Assembly (NCBI GenBank): GCA_040954595.2
Contig: CM082576.2
Span: forward strand, 18,709,028-18,773,027
Source: Balanoglossus misakiensis
Lineage: Eukaryota; Animalia; Hemichordata
Reading direction: 5' to 3'
DNA: 64,000 bases
The position numbers were made by a program, and so were the translations under genes. Below are positions 42,991 to 58,049 of the stretch, in pieces. The notes under the pieces are model-generated. The model was not told the origin of the DNA, searched no databases, and saw only the letters and a program-made list of their open reading frames with translations. How positions within the stretch are numbered: position 1 is the stretch's first letter; each line of letters starts with the position of its first letter.

Positions 42991-45900
42991 TGCAAAGTCG
43001 AAAATTTGTCATTTTTTGATGATTTTCACCAATGATTTTTTTCAAAAATCGACGAAATTTTGAGATTTTGCAAAGTCGAAAATTTGTCATTTTTTGATGA
43101 TTTTCACCCAAGACTTTTTTTCTAAAATTTACGAAATTTTGAGATTTTGCAAAGTCGAAAATTTGTCATTTTTTGATGATTTTCACCCATGTTTTTTTTC
43201 AAAATTGAACGAACCCATGATTTTTTTCAAAAATCGACGAAATTTTGAGATTTTGCAAAGTCGAAAATTTGTCGTTTTTTGATGATTTTCACCCATGATT
43301 TTTTTCAAAAATCGACAAAATTTTGAGATTTTGCAAAGACGAAAATTTGTCATTTTTTGATGATTTTCACCCATGATTTTTTTCAAAAGTCGACGAAATT
43401 TTGAGATTTTGCAAAGACAAAATTGTTTCATTTTTTGATGATTTTCACCCGTGATTTTTTTCAAAAATAGACAAAATTTTGAGATTTTGCAAAGTCGAAA
43501 ATTTGTAATTTTTTGATGATTTTCACCCATGTTTTTTTTCAAAATTGAACGAACCCATGATTTTTTTCAAAAATCGACGAAATTTTGAGATTTTGCAAAT
43601 TCGAAAATTTGTAATTTTTTAATGATTTTCACCCTTTTTTTTCAAAAATCAACGAACCCATGATTTTTTTTCAAAAATCGACAAAATTTTGAGATTTTGC
43701 AAAGCCGAAAATTTGTCATTTTTTGATGATTTTCACCCATGATTTTTTTCAAAAATCGACGAAATTTTGAGATTTTGCAAAGTCGAAAATGTGTCATTTT
43801 TTGATGATTTTCACCCATGATTTTTTTCAAAAATCGACGAAATTTGAGATTTTGCAAAGTCGAAAATTTGTCATTTTTTGATGATTTTTACCCATGATTT
43901 TTTTTTCAAAAATTGACCAAATTTTGAGATTTTGCAAAGCCGAAAATTTGTCATTTTTTGATGATTTTCACCCATGATTTTTCTCAAAAATCGACGAAAT
44001 TTATAGATTTTGCAAAGTCGAAAATTTTTCATTTTTTGATGATTTTCACCCATGATTTTTCTCAAAAATTGACGAAATTTTGAGATTTTGCAAAGACGAA
44101 AATTTGTCATTTTTTGATGATTTTCACCCATGATTTTTTTTCAAAAATGTACGAAATTTTGAGATTTGGCAAAGTCGAAAATTTGTCGTTTTTTGATGAT
44201 TTTCACCCATGATTTTTTTCAAAAATCGACAAAATTTTTAGATTTTGCAAAGTTTAAAATTTGTCATTTTTTGATGATTTTCACCATGATTTTTTTTTTA
44301 AAAATCGACGAAATTTTGAGATTTTGCAAAGTCGAAAATTTGTCATTTTTTGATGATTTTCACCCATGATTTTTTTCAAAAATCGACAAAATTTTTAGAT
44401 TTTGCAAAGTCGAAAATTTGTCATTTTTTGATTATTTTCACCCATGATTTTTTTCAAAAATCGACAAAATTTTTAGATTTTGCAAAGTCGAAAATTTGTC
44501 ATTTTTTGATGATTTTCACCATGATTTTTTTTTTAAAAATCGACGAAATTTTGAGATTTTGTCATTTTTTGATGATTTTCACCCATGATTTTTTTTCAAA
44601 ATTGAACGAACCCATGATTTTTTTCAAAAATCGACGAAATTTTGAGATTTTGCAAAGTCGAAAATTTGTCATCTTTTGATGATTTTCACCCATGATTTTT
44701 TTCAAAAATCGACAAAATTTTTAGATTTTGCAAAGTCGAAAATTTGTCATTTTTTGATTATTTTCACCCATGATTTTTTTCAAAAATCGACAAAATTTTT
44801 AGATTTTGCAAAGTTTAAAATTTGTCATTTTTTGATGATTTTCACCATGATTTTTTTTTTAAAAATCGACGAAATTTTGAGATTTTGCAAAGTCGAAAAT
44901 TTGTCATTTTTTGATGATTTTCACCCATGATTTTTTTCAAAAATCGACAAAATTTTTAGATTTTGCAAAGTCGAAAATTTGTCATTTTTTGATTATTTTC
45001 ACCCATGATTTTTTTCAAAAATCGACAAAATTTTTAGATTTTGCAAAGTCGAAAATTTGTCATTTTTTGATGATTTTCACCATGATTTTTTTTTAAAAAT
45101 CGACGAAATTTTGAGATTTTGCAAAGACGAAAATTTGTCATTTTTTGATGATTTTCACCCATGATTTTTTTCAAAAATCGACAAAATTTTGAGATTTTGC
45201 AAAGACGAAAATTTGTCATTTTTTGATGATTTTCACCCATGATTTTTTTCAAAAGTCGACGAAATTTTGAGATTTTGCAAAGACAAAATTTTTTCATTTT
45301 TTGATGATTTTCACCCGTGATTTTTTTCAAAAATAGACAAAATTTTGAGATTTTGCAAAGTCGAAAATTTGTAATTTTTTGATGATTTTCACCCATGTTT
45401 TTTTCAAAATTGAACGAACCCATGATTTTTTTCAAAAATCGACGAAATTTTGAGATTTTGCAAAGTCGAAAATTTGTCATTTTTTGATGATTTTCACCCA
45501 TGATTTTTTTCAAAAATCGACAAAATTTTTAGATTTTGCAAAGTCGAAAATTTGTCATTTTTTGGTTATTTTCACCCATGATTTTTTTCAAAAATCGACA
45601 AAATTTTTAGATTTTGCAAAGTCGAAAATTTGTCATTTTTTGATGATTTTCACCATGATTTTTTTTTTAAAAATCGACGAAATTTTGAGATTTTGCAAAG
45701 ACGAAAATTTGTCATTTTTTGATGATTTTCACCCATGATTTTTTTTCAAAAATGTACGAAATTTTGAGATTTTGCAAAGTCGAAAATTTGTCGTTTTTTG
45801 ATGATTTTCACCCATGATTTTTTTCAAAAATCGACAAAATTTTGAGATTTTGCAAAGACGAAAATTTGTCATTTTTTGATGATTTTCACCCATGATTTTT

Positions 45901-47990
45901 TTCAAAAGTCGACGAAATTTTGAGATTTTGCAAAGACAAAATTTTTTCATTTTTTGATGATTTTCACCCGTGATTTTTTTCAAAAATAGACAAAATTTTG
46001 AGATTTTGCAAAGTCGAAAATTTGTAATTTTTTGATGATTTTCACCCATGTTTTTTTCAAAATTGAACGAACCCATGATTTTTTTCAAAAATCGACGAAA
46101 TTTTGAGATTTTGCAAAGTCGAAAATTTGTCATTTTTTGATGATTTTCACCCATGATTTTTTTCAAAAATCGACAAAATTTTTAGATTTTGCAAAGTCGA
46201 AAATTTGTCATTTTTTGGTTATTTTCACCCATGATTTTTTTCAAAAATCGACAAAATTTTTAGATTTTGCAAAGTCGAAAATTTGTCATTTTTTGATGAT
46301 TTTCACCATGATTTTTTTTTTAAAAATCGACGAAATTTTGAGATTTTGCAAAGACGAAAATTTGTCATTTTTTGATGATTTTCACCCATGATTTTTTTTC
46401 AAAAATGTACGAAATTTTGAGATTTTGCAAAGTCGAAAATTTGTCGTTTTTTGATGATTTTCACCCATGATTTTTTTCAAAAATCGACAAAATTTTGAGA
46501 TTTTGCAAAGACGAAAATTTGTCATTTTTTGATGATTTTCACCCATGATTTTTTTCAAAAGTCGACGAAATTTTGAGATTTTGCAAAGACAAAAATTTTT
46601 TCATTTTTTGATGATTTTCACCCGTGATTTTTTTCAAAAATAGACAAAATTTTGAGATTTTGCAAAGTCGAAAATTTGTAATTTTTTGATGATTTTCACC
46701 CATGTTTTTTTTCAAAATTGAACGAACCCATGATTTTTTTCAAAAATCGACGAAATTTTGAGATTTTGCAAAGTCGAAAATTTGTCATTTTTTGATGATT
46801 TTCACCAATGATTTTTTTCAAAAATCGACGAAATTTTGAGATTTTGCAAAGTCGAAAATTTGTCATTTTTTGATGATTTTCACCCAAGACTTTTTTTCTA
46901 AAATTTACGAAATTTTGAGATTTTGCAAAGTCGAAAATTTGTCATTTTTTGATGATTTTCACCCATGTTTTTTTTCAAAATTGAACGAACCCATGATTTT
47001 TTTCAAAAATCGACGAAATTTTGAGATTTTGCAAAGTCGAAAATTTGTCGTTTTTTGATGATTTTCACCCATGATTTTTTCAAAAATCGACAAAATTTTG
47101 AGATTTTGCAAAGACGAAAATTTGTCATTTTTTGATGATTTTCACCCATGATTTTTTTCAAAAGTCGACGAAATTTTGAGATTTTGCAAAGACAAAATTG
47201 TTTCATTTTTTGATGATTTTCACCCGTGATTTTTTTCAAAAATAGACAAAATTTTGAGATTTTGCAAAGTCGAAAATTTGTAATTTTTTGATGATTTTCA
47301 CCCATGTTTTTTTTCAAAATTGAACGAACCCATGATTTTTTTCAAAAATCGACGAAATTTTGAGATTTTGCAAATTCGAAAATTTGTAATTTTTTAATGA
47401 TTTTCACCCTTTTTTTCAAAAATCAACGAACCCATGATTTTTTTTCAAAAATCGACAAAATTTTGAGATTTTGCAAAGCCGAAAATTTGTCATTTTTGAT
47501 GATTTTCACCCATGATTTTTTTCAAAAATCGACGAAATTTTGAGATTTTGCAAAGTCGAAAATGTGTCATTTTTTGATGATTTTCACCATGATTTTTTTC
47601 AAAAATCGACGAAATTTGAGATTTTGCAAAGTCGAAAATTTGTCATTTTTTGATGATTTTTACCCATGATTTTTTTTTCAAAAATTGACCAAATTTTGAG
47701 ATTTTGCAAAGCCGAAAATTTGTCATTTTTTGATGATTTTCACCCATGATTTTTCTCAAAAATCGACGAAATTTATAGATTTTGCAAAGTCGAAAATTTT
47801 TCATTTTTTGATGATTTTCACCCATGATTTTTCTCAAAAATTGACGAAATTTTGAGATTTTGCAAAGACGAAAATTTGTCATTTTTTGATGATTTTCACC
47901 CATGATTTTTTTTCAAAAATGTACGAAATTTTGAGATTTGGCAAAGTCGAAAATTTGTCGTTTTTTGATGATTTTCACCCATGATTTTTT
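41950..47990. repeat. ~3.77 kb-offset duplication carrying a relic block of older variants
   Basis: ORF offsets are 3772-3776 (41954/45729, 42362/46137, 42920/46696, 43094/46870, 43871/47643). Shared private variants include TTCTAAAATTTACG, AAATGTGTCA, AATTGACCAAA, ATTTATAGA and GATTTGGCAAA. Confidence 0.85.
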
Positions 47991-50900
47991 TCAAAAATCG
48001 ACAAAATTTTGAGATTTTGCAAAGACGAAAATTTGTCATTTTTTGATGATTTTCACCCATGATTTTTTTCAAAAGTCGACGAAATTTTGAGATTTTGCAA
48101 AGACAAAATTTTTTCATTTTTTGATGATTTTCACCCGTGATTTTTTTCAAAAATAGACAAAATTTTGAGATTTTGCAAAGTCGAAAATTTGTAATTTTTT
48201 GATGATTTTCACCCATGTTTTTTTCAAAATTGAACGAACCCATGATTATTTTCAAAAATCGACGAAACTTTGAGATTTTGCAAAGTCGAAAATTTGTCAT
48301 TTTTTGATGATTTTCACCCATGATTTTTTTCAAAAATCGACAAAATTTTTAGATTTTGCAAAGTCGAAAATTTGTCATTTTTTGATGATTTTCACCCATG
48401 ATTTTTTTTCAAAAATGTACGAAATTTTGAGATTTTGCAAAGTCGAAAATTTGTCGTTTTTTGATGATTTTCACCCATGATTTTTTTCAAAAATCGACAA
48501 AATTTTGAGATTTTGCAAAGACGAAAATTTGTCATTTTTTGATGATTTTCACCCATGATTTTTTTCAAAAGTCGACGAAATTTTGAGATTTTGCAAAGAC
48601 AAAATTTTTTCATTTTTTGATTATTTTCACCCATGATTTTTTTCAAAAATCGACAAAATTTTTAGATTTTGCAAAGTCGAAAATTTGTCATTTTTTGATG
48701 ATTTTCACCATGATTTTTTTTTTAAAAATCGACGAAATTTTGAGATTTTGCAAAGACGAAAATTTGTCATTTTTTGATGATTTTCACCATGATTTTTTTT
48801 TTAAAAATCGACGAAATTTTGAGATTTTGCAAAGTCGAAAATTTGTCGTTTTTTGATGATTTTCACCCATGATTTTTTTCAAAAATCGACAAAATTTTGA
48901 GATTTTGCAAAGACGAAAATTTGTCATTTTTTGATGATTTTCACCATGATTTTTTTTTTAAAAATCGACGAAATTTTGAGATTTTGCAAAGTCGAAAATT
49001 TGTCGTTTTTTGATGATTTTCACCCATGATTTTTTTCAAAAATCGACAAAATTTTGAGATTTTGCAAAGACGAAAATTTGTCATTTTTTGATGATTTTCA
49101 CCCGTGATTTTTTTCAAAAATAGACAAAATTTTGAGATTTTGCAAAGTCGAAAATTTGTAATTTTTTGATGATTTTCACCCATGTTTTTTTCAAAATTGA
49201 ACGAACCCATGATTTTTTTCAAAAATCGACGAAATTTTGAGATTTTGCAAAGTCGAAAATTTGTCATTTTTTGATGATTTTCACCCATGATTTTTTTCAA
49301 AAATCGACAAAATTTTTAGATTTTGCAAAGTCGAAAATTTGTCATTTTTTGGTTATTTTCACCCATGATTTTTTTCAAAAATCGACAAAATTTTTAGATT
49401 TTGCAAAGTCGAAAATTTGTCATTTTTTGATGATTTTCACCATGATTTTTTTTTTAAAAATCGACGAAATTTTGAGATTTTGCAAAGACAAAATTTTTTC
49501 ATTTTTTGATGATTTTCACCCGTGATTTTTTTCAAAAATAGACAAAATTTTGAGATTTTGCAAAGTCGAAAATTTGTAATTTTTTGATGATTTTCACCCA
49601 TGTTTTTTTCAAAATTGAACGAACCCATGATTTTTTTCAAAAATCGACAAAATTTTGAGATTTTGCAAAGACGAAAATTTGTCATTTTTTGATGATTTTC
49701 ACCCATGATTTTTTTCAAAAGTCGACGAAATTTTGAGATTTTGCAAAGACAAAATTTTTTCATTTTTTGATGATTTTCACCCGTGATTTTTTTCAAAAAT
49801 AGACAAAATTTTGAGATTTTGCAAAGTCGAAAATTTGTCATTTTTTGATGATTTTCACCATGATTTTTTTTTAAAAATCGACGAAATTTTTAGATTTTGC
49901 AAAGACGAAAATTTGTCATTTTTTGATGATTTTCACCCATGATTTTTTTCAAAATTGAACGAACCCATGATTTTTTTCAAAAATCGACGAAATTTTGAGA
50001 TTTTGCAAAGTCGAAAATTTGTCATCTTTTGATGATTTTCACCCATGATTTTTTTCAAAAGTCGACGAAATTTTGAGATTTTGCAAAGACAAAAATTTTT
50101 TCATTTTTTGATGATTTTCACCCGTGATTTTTTTCAAAATTGAACGAACCCATGATTTTTTTCAAAAATCGACGAAATTTTGAGATTTTGCAAAGTCGAA
50201 AATTTGTCATCTTTTGATGATTTTCACCCATGATTTTTTTCAAAATCGACAAAATTTTTAGATTTTGCAAAGTCGAAAATTTGTCATTTTTTGATTATTT
50301 TCACCCATGATTTTTCTCAAAAATCGACGAAATTTTGAGATTTTGCAAAGTCGAAAATTTGTCATTTTTTGATGATTTTCACCCATGATTTTTCTCAAAA
50401 ATTGACGAAATTTTGAGATTTTGCAAAGACGAAAATTTGTCATTTTTTGATGATTTTCACCCATGATTTTTTCAAAAGTCGACGAAATTTTGAGATTTTG
50501 CAAAGACAAAATTGTTTCATTTTTTGATGATTTTCACCCATGATTTTTTTCAAAAGTCGACGAAATTTTGAGATTTTGCAAAGACAAAATTTTTTCATTT
50601 TTTGATGATTTTCACCCGTGATTTTTTTCAAAAATAGACAAAATTTTGAGATTTTGCAAAGTCGAAAATTTGTAATTTTTTGATGATTTTCACCCATGTT
50701 TTTTTCAAAAATTGAACGAACCCATGATTTTTTTCAAAAATCGACGAAATTTTGAGATTTTGCAAAGTCGAAAATTTGTCATTTTTTGATGATTTTCACC
50801 CATGATTTTTTTCAAAAATCGACAAAATTTTTAGATTTTGCAAAGTCGAAAATTTGTCATTTTTTGGTTATTTTCACCCATGATTTTTTTCAAAAATCGA

Positions 50901-53900
50901 CAAAATTTTTAGATTTTGCAAAGTCGAAAATTTGTCATTTTTTGATGATTTTCACCATGATTTTTTTTTTAAAAATCGACGAAATTTTGAGATTTTGCAA
51001 AGACGAAAATTTGTCATTTTTTGATGATTTTCACCCATGATTTTTTTTCAAAATTGAACGAACCCATGATTTTTTTCAAAAATCGACGAAATTTTGAGAT
51101 TTTGCAAAGTCGAAAATTTGTCATCTTTTGATGATTTTCACCCATGATTTTTTTCAAAAATCGACAAAATTTTTAGATTTTGCAAAGTCGAAAATTTGTC
51201 ATTTTTTGATTATTTTCACCCATGATTTTTTTCAAAAATCGACAAAATTTTTAGATTTTGCAAAGTCTAAAATTTGTCATTTTTTGATGATTTTCACCAT
51301 GATTTTTTTTTTAAAAAATCGACGAAATTTTGAGATTTTGCAAAGTCGAAAATTTGTCATTTTTTGATGATTTTCACCCATGATTTTTTTCAAAAATCGA
51401 CAAAATTTTTAGATTTTGCAAAGTCGAAAATTTGTCATTTTTTGATTATTTTCACCCATGATTTTTTTCAAAAATCGACAAAATTTTTAGATTTTGCAAA
51501 GTCGAAAATTTGTCATTTTTTGATGATTTTCACCATGATTTTTTTTTTAAAAATCGACGAAATTTTGAGATTTTGCAAAGACGAAAATTTGTCATTTTTT
51601 GATGATTTTCACCATGATTTTTTTTTTAAAAATCGACGAAATTTTGAGATTTTGCAAAGTCGAAAATTTGTCGTTTTTTGATGATTTTCACCCATGATTT
51701 TTTTCAAAAATCGACAAAATTTTGAGATTTTGCAAAGACGAAAATTTGTCATTTTTTGATGATTTTCACCATGATTTTTTTTTTAAAAATCGACGAAATT
51801 TTGAGATTTTGCAAAGTCGAAAATTTGTCGTTTTTTGATGATTTTCACCCATGATTTTTTTCAAAAATCGACAAAATTTTGAGATTTTGCAAAGACGAAA
51901 ATTTGTCATTTTTTGATGATTTTCACCCATGATTTTTTTCAAAAGTCGACGAAATTTTGAGATTTTGCAAAGACAAAATTTTTTCATTTTTTGATGATTT
52001 TCACCCGTGATTTTTTTCAAAAATAGACAAAATTTTGAGATTTTGCAAAGTCGAAAATTTGTAATTTTTTGAATGATTTTCACCCATGTTTTTTTTCAAA
52101 ATTGAACGAACCCATGATTTTTTTCAAAAATCGACGATATTTTGAGATTTTGCAAAGTCGAAAATTTGTCATCTTTTGATGATTTTCACCCATGATTTTT
52201 TCAAAAATCGACAAAATTTTTAGATTTTGCAAAGTCGAAAATTTGTCATTTTTTGATTATTTTCACCCATGATTTTTTTCAAAAATCGACAAAATTTTTA
52301 GATTTTGCAAAGTCGAAAATTTGTCATTTTTTGATGATTTTCACCCATGATTTTTTTTCAAAAATGTACGAAATTTTGAGATTTTGCAAAGTCGAAAATT
52401 TGTCGTTTTTGATGATTTTCACCAATGATTTTTTCAAAAATCGACAAAATTTTGAGATTTTGCAAAGACGAAAATTTGTCATTTTTTGATGATTTTCACC
52501 CATGATTTTTTTCAAAAGTCGACGAAATTTTGAGATTTTGCAAAGACAAAATTTTTTCATTTTTTGATGATTTTCACCCGTGATTTTTTTCAAAAATAGA
52601 CAAAATTTTGAGATTTTGCAAAGTCGAAAATTTGTAATTTTTTGATGATTTTCACCCATGTTTTTTTCAAAATTGAACGAACCCATGATTTTTTTCAAAA
52701 ATCGACGAAATTTTGAGATTTTGCAAAGTCGAAAATTTGTCATTTTTTGATGATTTTCACCCATGATTTTTTTCAAAAATCGACAAAATTTTTAGATTTT
52801 GCAAAGTCGAAAATTTGTCATTTTTTGGTTATTTTCACCCATGATTTTTTTCAAAAATCGACAAAATTTTTAGATTTTGCAAAGTCGAAAATTTGTCATT
52901 TTTTGATGATTTTCACCATGATTTTTTTTTTAAAAATCGACGAAATTTTGAGATTTTGCAAAGACAAAATTTTTTCATTTTTTGATGATTTTCACCCGTG
53001 ATTTTTTTCAAAAATAGACAAAATTTTGAGATTTTGCAAAGTCGAAAATTTGTAATTTTTTGATGATTTTCACCCATGTTTTTTTCAAAATTGAACGAAC
53101 CCATGATTTTTTTCAAAAATCGACAAAATTTTGAGATTTTGCAAAGACGAAAATTGTCATTTTTTGATGATTTTCACCCATGATTTTTTTCAAAAGTCGA
53201 CGAAATTTTGAGATTTTGCAAAGACAAAATTTTTTCATTTTTTGATGATTTTTCACCCGTGATTTTTTTCAAAAATAGACAAAATTTTGAGATTTTGCAA
53301 AGTCGAAAATTTGTCATTTTTTGATGATTTTCACCATGATTTTTTTTTTAAAAATCGACGAAATTTTTAGATTTTGCAAAGACGAAAATTTGTCATTTTT
53401 TGATGATTTTCACCCATGATTTTTTTTCAAAATTGAACGAACCCATGATTTTTTTCAAAAATCGACGAAATTTTGAGATTTTGCAAAGTCGAAAATTTGT
53501 CATCTTTTGATGATTTTCACCCATGATTTTTTTCAAAAGTCGACGAAATTTTGAGATTTTGCAAAGACAAAATTTTTTCATTTTTTGATGATTTTCACCC
53601 CGTGATTTTTTCAAAAATAGACAAAATTTTGAGATTTTGCAAAGTCGAAAATTTGTCATTTTTTGATGATTTTCACCATGATTTTTTTTTTTTAAAATCG
53701 ACGAAATTTTGAGATTTTGCAAAGACGAAAATTTGTCATTTTTTGATGATTTTCACCCATGATTTTTTTTCAAAATTGAACGAACCCATGATTTTTTTCA
53801 AAAATCGACGAAATTTTGAGATTTTGCAAAGTCGAAAATTTGTCATCTTTTGATGATTTTCACCCATGATTTTTTTCAAAAATCGACAAAATTTTTAGAT

Positions 53901-56900
53901 TTTGCAAAGTCGAAAATTTGTCATTTTTTGATTATTTTCACCCATGATTTTTTTCAAAAATCGACAAAATTTTTAGATTTTGCAAAGTCTAAAATTTGTC
54001 ATTTTTTGATGATTTTCACCATGATTTTTTTTTTAAAAATCGACGAAATTTTGAGATTTTGCAAAGTCGAAAATTTGTCATTTTTTGATGATTTTCACCC
54101 ATGATTTTTTTCAAAAATCGACAAAATTTTTAGATTTTGCAAAGTCGAAAATTTGTCATTTTTTGATGATTTTCACCCATGATTTTTTTCAAAAATCGAC
54201 AAAATTTTTAGATTTTGCAAAGTCGAAAATTTGTCATTTTTTGATGATTTTCACCATGATTTTTTTTTTAAAAATCGACGAAATTTTGAGATTTTGCAAA
54301 GACGAAAATTTGTCATTTTTTGATGATTTTCACCATGATTTTTTTTTAAAAATCGACGAAATTTTGAGATTTTGCAAAGTCGAAAATTTGTCGTTTTTTG
54401 ATGATTTTCACCCATGATTTTTTTCAAAAATCGACAAAATTTTGAGATTTTGCAAAGACGAAAATTTGTCATTTTTTGATGATTTTCACCATGATTTTTT
54501 TTTTAAAAATCGACGAAATTTTGAGATTTTGCAAAGTCGAAAATTTGTCGTTTTTTGATGATTTTCACCCATGATTTTTTTCAAAAATCGACAAAATTTT
54601 GAGATTTTGCAAAGACGAAAATTTGTCATTTTTTGATGATTTTCACCCATGATTTTTTTCAAAAGTCGACGAAATTTTGAGATTTTGCAAAGACAAAATT
54701 TTTTCATTTTTTGATGATTTTCACCCGTGATTTTTTTCAAAAATAGACAAAATTTTGAGATTTTGCAAAGTCGAAAATTTGTAATTTTTTGATGATTTTC
54801 ACCCATGTTTTTTTTCAAAATTGAACGAACCCATGATTTTTTTCAAAAATCGACGAAATTTTGAGATTTTGCAAAGTCGAAAATTTGTCATCTTTTGATG
54901 ATTTTCACCCATGATTTTTTTCAAAAATCGACAAAATTTTTAGATTTTGCAAAGTCGAAAATTTGTCATTTTTTGATTATTTTCACCCATGATTTTTTTC
55001 AAAAATCGACAAAATTTTTAGATTTTGCAAAGTCTAAAATTTGTCATTTTTTTGATGATTTTCACCATGATTTTTTTTTTAAAAATCGACGAAATTTTGA
55101 GATTTTGCAAAGTCGAAAATTTGTCATTTTTTGATGATTTTCACCCATGATTTTTTTCAAAAAATCGACAAAATTTTTAGATTTTGCAAAGTCGAAAATT
55201 TGTCATTTTTTGATTATTTTCACCCATGATTTTTTTTCAAAAATCGACAAAATTTTTAGATTTTGCAAAGTCGAAAATTTGTCATTTTTTGATGATTTTC
55301 ACCATGATTTTTTTTTTAAAAATCGACGAAATTTTGAGATTTTGCAAAGACGAAAATTTGTCATTTTTTGATGATTTTCACCCATGATTTTTTTTCAAAA
55401 ATGTACGAAATTTTGAGATTTTGCAAAGTCGAAAATTTGTCGTTTTTTGATGATTTTCACCCATGATTTTTTTCAAAAATCGACAAAATTTTGAGATTTT
55501 GCAAAGACGAAAATTTGTCATTTTTTGATGATTTTCACCCATGATTTTTTTCAAAAGTCGACGAAATTTTGAGATTTTGCAGAGACAAAATTTTTTCATT
55601 TTTTGATGATTTTCACCCGTGATTTTTTTCAAAAATAGACAAAATTTTGAGATTTTGCAAAGTCGAAAATTTGTAATTTTTTGATGATTTTCACCCATGT
55701 TTTTTTCAAAATTGAACGAACCCATGATTTTTTTCAAAAATCGACGAAATTTTGAGATTTTGCAAAGTCGAAAATTTGTCATTTTTTGATGATTTTCACC
55801 CATGATTTTTTTCAAAAATCGACAAAATTTTTAGATTTTGCAAAGTCGAAAATTTGTCATTTTTTGGTTATTTTCACCCATGATTTTTTTCAAAAATCGA
55901 CAAAATTTTTAGATTTTGCAAAGTCGAAAATTTGTCATTTTTTGATGATTTTCACCATGATTTTTTTTTTAAAAATCGACGAAATTTTGAGATTTTGTCA
56001 TTTTTTGATGATTTTCACCCATGATTTTTTTTCAAAATTGAACGAACCCATGATTTTTTTCAAAAATCGACGAAATTTTGAGATTTTGCAAAGTCGAAAA
56101 TTTGTCATCTTTTGATGATTTTCACCCATGATTTTTTTCAAAAATCGACAAAATTTTTAGATTTTGCAAAGTCGAAAATTTGTCATTTTTTGATTATTTT
56201 CACCCATGATTTTTTTCAAAAATCGACAAAATTTTTAGATTTTGCAAAGTTTAAAATTTGTCATTTTTTGATGATTTTCACCATGATTTTTTTTTTAAAA
56301 ATCGACGAAATTTTGAGATTTTGCAAAGTCGAAAATTTGTCATTTTTTGATGATTTTCACCCATGATTTTTTTCAAAAATCGACAAAATTTTTAGATTTT
56401 GCAAAGTCGAAAATTTGTCATTTTTTGATTATTTTCACCCATGATTTTTTTCAAAAATCGACAAAATTTTTAGATTTTGCAAAGTCGAAAATTTGTCATT
56501 TTTTGATGATTTTCACCATGATTTTTTTTTTAAAAATCGACGAAATTTTGAGATTTTGTCATTTTTTGATGATTTTCACCCATGATTTTTTTTCAAAATT
56601 GAACGAACCCATGATTTTTTTCAAAAATCGACGAAATTTTGAGATTTTGCAAAGTCGAAAATTTGTCATCTTTTGATGATTTTCACCCATGATTTTTTTC
56701 AAAAATCGACAAAATTTTTAGATTTTGCAAAGTCGAAAATTTGTCATTTTTTGATTATTTTCACCCATGATTTTTTTCAAAAATCGACAAAATTTTTAGA
56801 TTTTGCAAAGTTTAAAATTTGTCATTTTTTGATGATTTTCACCATGATTTTTTTTTTAAAAATCGACGAAATTTTGAGATTTTGCAAAGTCGAAAATTTG

Positions 56901-58049
56901 TCATTTTTTGATGATTTTCACCCATGATTTTTTTCAAAAATCGACAAAATTTTTAGATTTTGCAAAGTCGAAAATTTGTCATTTTTTGATTATTTTCACC
57001 CATGATTTTTTTCAAAAATCGACAAAATTTTTAGATTTTGCAAAGTCGAAAATTTGTCATTTTTTGATGATTTTCACCATGATTTTTTTTTTAAAAATCG
57101 ACGAAATTTTGAGATTTTGCAAAGACGAAAATTTGTCATTTTTTGATGATTTTCACCCATGATTTTTTTCAAAAATCGACAAAATTTTGAGATTTTGCAA
57201 AGACGAAAATTTGTCATTTTTTGATGATTTTCACCCATGATTTTTTTCAAAAGTCGACGAAATTTTGAGATTTTGCAAAGACAAAATTTTTTCATTTTTT
57301 GATGATTTTCACCCGTGATTTTTTTCAAAAATAGACAAAATTTTGAGATTTTGCAAAGTCGAAAATTTGTAATTTTTTGATGATTTTCACCCATGTTTTT
57401 TTCAAAATTGAACGAACCCATGATTTTTTTCAAAAATCGACGAAATTTTGAGATTTTGCAAAGTCGAAAATTTGTCATTTTTTGATGATTTTCACCCATG
57501 ATTTTTTTCAAAAATCGACAAAATTTTTAGATTTTGCAAAGTCGAAAATTTGTCATTTTTTGGTTATTTTCACCCATGATTTTTTTCAAAAATCGACAAA
57601 ATTTTTAGATTTTGCAAAGTCGAAAATTTGTCATTTTTTGATGATTTTCACCATGATTTTTTTTTTAAAAATCGACGAAATTTTGAGATTTTGCAAAGAC
57701 GAAAATTTGTCATTTTTTGATGATTTTCACCCATGATTTTTTTTCAAAAATGTACGAAATTTTGAGATTTTGCAAAGTCGAAAATTTGTCGTTTTTTGAT
57801 GATTTTCACCCATGATTTTTTTCAAAAATCGACAAAATTTTGAGATTTTGCAAAGACGAAAATTTGTCATTTTTTGATGATTTTCACCCATGATTTTTTT
57901 CAAAAGTCGACGAAATTTTGAGATTTTGCAAAGACAAATTTTTTTCATTTTTTGATGATTTTCACCCGTGATTTTTTTCAAAAATAGACAAAATTTTGAG
58001 ATTTTGCAAAGTCGAAAATTTGTAATTTTTTGATGATTTTCACCCATGT

